A stretch of 64,000 nucleotides of DNA. Source: Raillietiella orientalis. Lineage: Eukaryota. Below are positions 60,941 to 64,000 of this stretch, in pieces. Positions within the stretch are counted from its first letter, which is position 1. Every line of letters starts with the position of its first letter. The notes beneath the pieces were generated by a model. It saw only the letters and a list, made by a program, of their open reading frames with translations, had not been told where the DNA came from and did not search any database. The DNA is taken from the NCBI GenBank assembly GCA_036172245.1, contig JAYWIR010000069.1:372001-436000 (forward strand), given 5' to 3'. The position numbers and the translations under genes were made by a program.

Positions 60941-63900
60941 GGACCAGCTTCAGCTGCCACCAAAGAAAAGGCAGGCGAAACGCCCGCCGCGCGCGCGGAA
61001 TTCGGACTCCGAGGTGGAGTCCGAGGGTAGCGCTAAGGCTCGCCAAGCCCCGGTCAAGGCCAGGGCTGCGCGCAAGCCAAAACTTGCCAGGCAAGAGCCT
61101 GATGCCGGGAACGGTTCCCTATGCTCCTCGGAGACCAAGGCAATGGTCCTCGACTCCACCGAGCCGGCCGCGAGAGGCGCGGCGGGGACAGGAAGCGCTT
61201 GCGCTACCTCATCCGCCGTGCTCCCGGCTGATGCCTCGCCGGACGGTGCGAGGAACGCACCTCCATGTCCGTAGCAGCAATGCGCGGTCTCGCTTCTTAC
61301 CGACGCGTCCGAGTGGCCTGTTGGAACATCAACGGGCTGCAGGACAACGAGAAGAGGCGATTGGTTGCCAACGTGTTGCGCGACTTCGATCTGGCCCTTC
61401 TGCAGGAGATTCACGCACTCTCCGAGCAGCAAGCGGCCGATTTGCAAGTTCGCGCAAGCGGGATGCTCCATTGGAGGTCAGGCTCCCAGAATACCTGCGG
61501 AGTCGCATTCCTTGTCCGGGGCAGTGTGGCAGGAGCGGTGCGGAGCGTTTGTTTCGACGAGGAAGGTCGTGTGGGCCAACGTGTCCTCAAGTGGTCCGAA
61601 TGGATCAACCTTGTCATCACGAACGTGTACGCGCCGTGCGGCTCTGCGCGTCACACCGAGAAACTGGAGTTTTTCCAGAGACTGCGCGACCGCTGGCTGA
61701 GGAACTCCGGCCCCGACGTGGCTCACCTCGTAGCCGGCGACTTCAACGTCCACGCGCTATCGGAGGAGTCTCACCGTCGCCGGGAGAAGCGGCTGGTGAA
61801 CGAGGTGTGCGCGTGCGTGCACGCCTCGAATTTGCTGGCCGACGATCCCGGGATGCGTGCTTTGCCGGACCATGTGTTCCTCGACGATCACCTGCATTTT
61901 CGGGTGGGTCGAAGAGGTCCCGTGCCGTCCGGGCTTTCCGACCACTACAGGCTGGAGTTGGAGTTACTCCCGCCTGGCAAGGGCCCTCCGACGCACGTCT
62001 GGAGGTTGCCGGCCGACTGGTTGAGAAATCCGGTGGCTGCGGAGCACCTCCGCCAGCATCTCCGGACCTTTGCCTTTCCAGAGCTCGTGGACTGGGACGA
62101 TCTGAAAAGATCGGTCTGCGAGTTCTGCAGCCGGTTCCCCTTGCGCCTGCTTCCCCGTGGCTTCGGAGAAGGTGTGGCCAACAGCAGAGAGTTTCTGCAG
62201 GCCCGCCAATTCTCCCGATGCCCGGACGTCCGGTACCTTGCGGAGTACAAGGCCAAGGCCGATCGCCAGGTCTGGCAGTCAGGAGCGGCTTGTCTGCTCG
62301 ACGACCAGGGCCTGGAGTGCTCGGGAGCGGCCGAAGTTCGCCGCCTCCCAAAGTGCTACTACTCCTCGTTGCTTGCTAGGGAGCCGACGGAACGCAGTCT
62401 CTCGGAGCTGCTTCTGCCGGCGGATTCCCCTACGGTCAACGAGGAGGAACGCACCACTCTTGACATGCCCTTCACAGCGAAAGAAGGGTCTTCCGCCATA
62501 GCGGGCCTCAAGAAGCGCTAGGCGCCAGGTGAGGATGGTTTGCCTGCGGAGTTCTTCCAGTGCTTCGCGGCGGAACTCATCCCCCTGGTGCTGAGGCTTT
62601 CTGCGCTGATGCGAGAGACGGGCAATGTCCTAGCCTCGTTTCGCTCAGCAAGGGTGCGTCTCTTGCCGAAAGGCGGAGACATGCGCCATTTAAACAACTG
62701 GCGTCCCATCATCTTGATGAATGCGGACGTCAAGTTGTTCTCCAGGCTGTGGGTCGCGCGCCTAGGCAGGATCGGTGGATCCGTGGTAAGTCCGGAGCAG
62801 TCTTACGCTGTTCCCGGGCGGTCCCTGGAGGCGAACCTGTTCTTCACGCGCACGTGGCTCGAGCTGCAACGTTGCGTGGCGCACGACAGCCAAACAACCG
62901 CATCTGCGGCTGCCCAGGCTAGGCGTCGCTGCATTAGGCCTGGGGAAGCGCCGGGTGCCTTGGCGGTCGCGGTCGATCTCCGCAAGGCGTTCGATTGCGT
63001 AAATCAGGATCTCCTGCTGGAGCTCCTGCAACGCCTCGGTCTCCCGGTGCACCTCGTGGCGTATTTGCGCGCTTGCTGTCGCCACGCCCTCATTTCCATC
63101 TCTTTTAGCGGCTGCCACGTGTACGGCGTGCCGGTGCGGCAAGGCATCAGGCAGGGCGACAGCTTAAGCCCGTTGCTCTTCAGCATCTTCTTTGAGTTGG
63201 TGCTGAGGGCGTACAGGCTGACGCAGGCCAACCTGCCGAGCTGTTGTCCAGGAACGCCGTCCGTGGCAGCCTATGCTGACGATCTGCTTCTCCTTTTACC
63301 CATGACCACCCCGACGTCCAGTCTCGAGGATTTCTTCGAGCTGATTCGCCGGGGATTGGGCATGAGCGTAAACCGGAGCAAGAGCGTGGTCGTACCTATT
63401 CGTGCGGCGTGGGAGGGGCAGTCCGACTGGATCCGCCTGGGGATCCCGACCGCTTCCACCATGCAATATCTGGGCGTTCCGCTGGGGAACATCAGCTCAG
63501 TGGAAGTGTGATCGGACTGCCTTCGGAAGGCTACGAATGCCCTGAGCCCGTTCCACCATGGCAGGTTCGTCCTGCCGGAGCGGGCCACGATATGGAACAC
63601 CTTCGTTGCCCCCCTCTTGCGCCCCTTGCTTTTTGTTTGCCCGCCCCCCTACTCGGCCAAGCTCCAGGCGCACAGCCTGTTGAGGAACGCTCTGTGGGGA
63701 CCTGCGAGGTCCAGGATACGCCTCAAAGACTTGGAGGCTCCGCGTCGGGATGCTGGTTTAGGCATCCCGACGCTGGAGAGAATCGAGCTGCAGGTGCAGC
63801 TTCGGATGTTGGCCCTGTGCGCCAACCTTTGGTCTACTCCCTGGTGCGCTTCCGCGTGCCTGCTTCTGCGACGCTGCACAGGCAGCAATGGACTTCTGTC

Positions 63901-64000
63901 GCTGCGGCCGCACACGGAGCGCGCCACGAGAAGCTTCGGTTTACCCTTGAAACCGCTGTACCGGCTCCTGGAAGCCCAGGAATGGATCTCCTGCCGCCCA
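60940..64000 (+). mobile_element. Non-LTR retrotransposon (Tx1/L1-like): ORF1 3' end plus ORF2 APE endonuclease and reverse transcriptase; one in-frame TAG; runs off the window
   Basis: EN motifs WNINGL, LQEIH, NVYAP, GDFN, SDH. RT motifs PGEDGLPAEFF, WRPI, DLRKAFD, GIRQGDSLSP, AYADD, YLGVPL. TAG at 62519-62521 where sister copies have E. Confidence 0.95.

Noticed and set aside
61084..62379. 431-aa alternative-frame ORF, and similar long ORFs at 58326-59195 and 57541-58257
   Set aside because: They overlap GC-rich LINE ORF2 in another frame or strand, are Arg/Pro/Gly-rich and carry no recognisable motifs; most likely shadow ORFs.
62519..62521. In-frame TAG between EN and RT as programmed readthrough
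   Set aside because: Sister copies have Glu here, and the minus copy's stop (59633-59635, at a Trp) is at a different position; these are independent nonsense mutations.

Overview
Eukaryotic genomic DNA, probably from an invertebrate (43-47 nt introns with TTTCAG-type acceptors suggest a nematode; not proven). No rRNA, tRNA or CRISPR array was recognised. The window holds two intron-containing, minus-strand paralogs of a PAP2-family lipid phosphate phosphatase (PLPP/wunen-like) inside an old tandem duplication. Copy B (~47.8-51.8 kb) keeps all three catalytic motifs. Copy A (~5.3-10.6 kb) has intact exons but has lost its C2 and C3 catalytic residues, so it is a candidate pseudoenzyme. Both appear to use a GC-AG intron. 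Most of the rest (~28-47 kb and 55-64 kb) is a dense, alternating-orientation pile of fragments from one APE-endonuclease non-LTR retrotransposon family (Tx1/L1-like), plus one degenerate NeSL/Utopia-like restriction-like-endonuclease element (~24.4-27.8 kb). The LINE family has several unusual shared traits: an AATAAA plus stem-loop 3' terminus with no long poly(A), a TAATG stop-start ORF1/ORF2 junction, an endonuclease apparently lacking the target-recognition beta-hairpin, a hypervariable RT insert, and repeated antisense nesting into its own copies. All calls come from reading the sequence by eye; no database searches were run.
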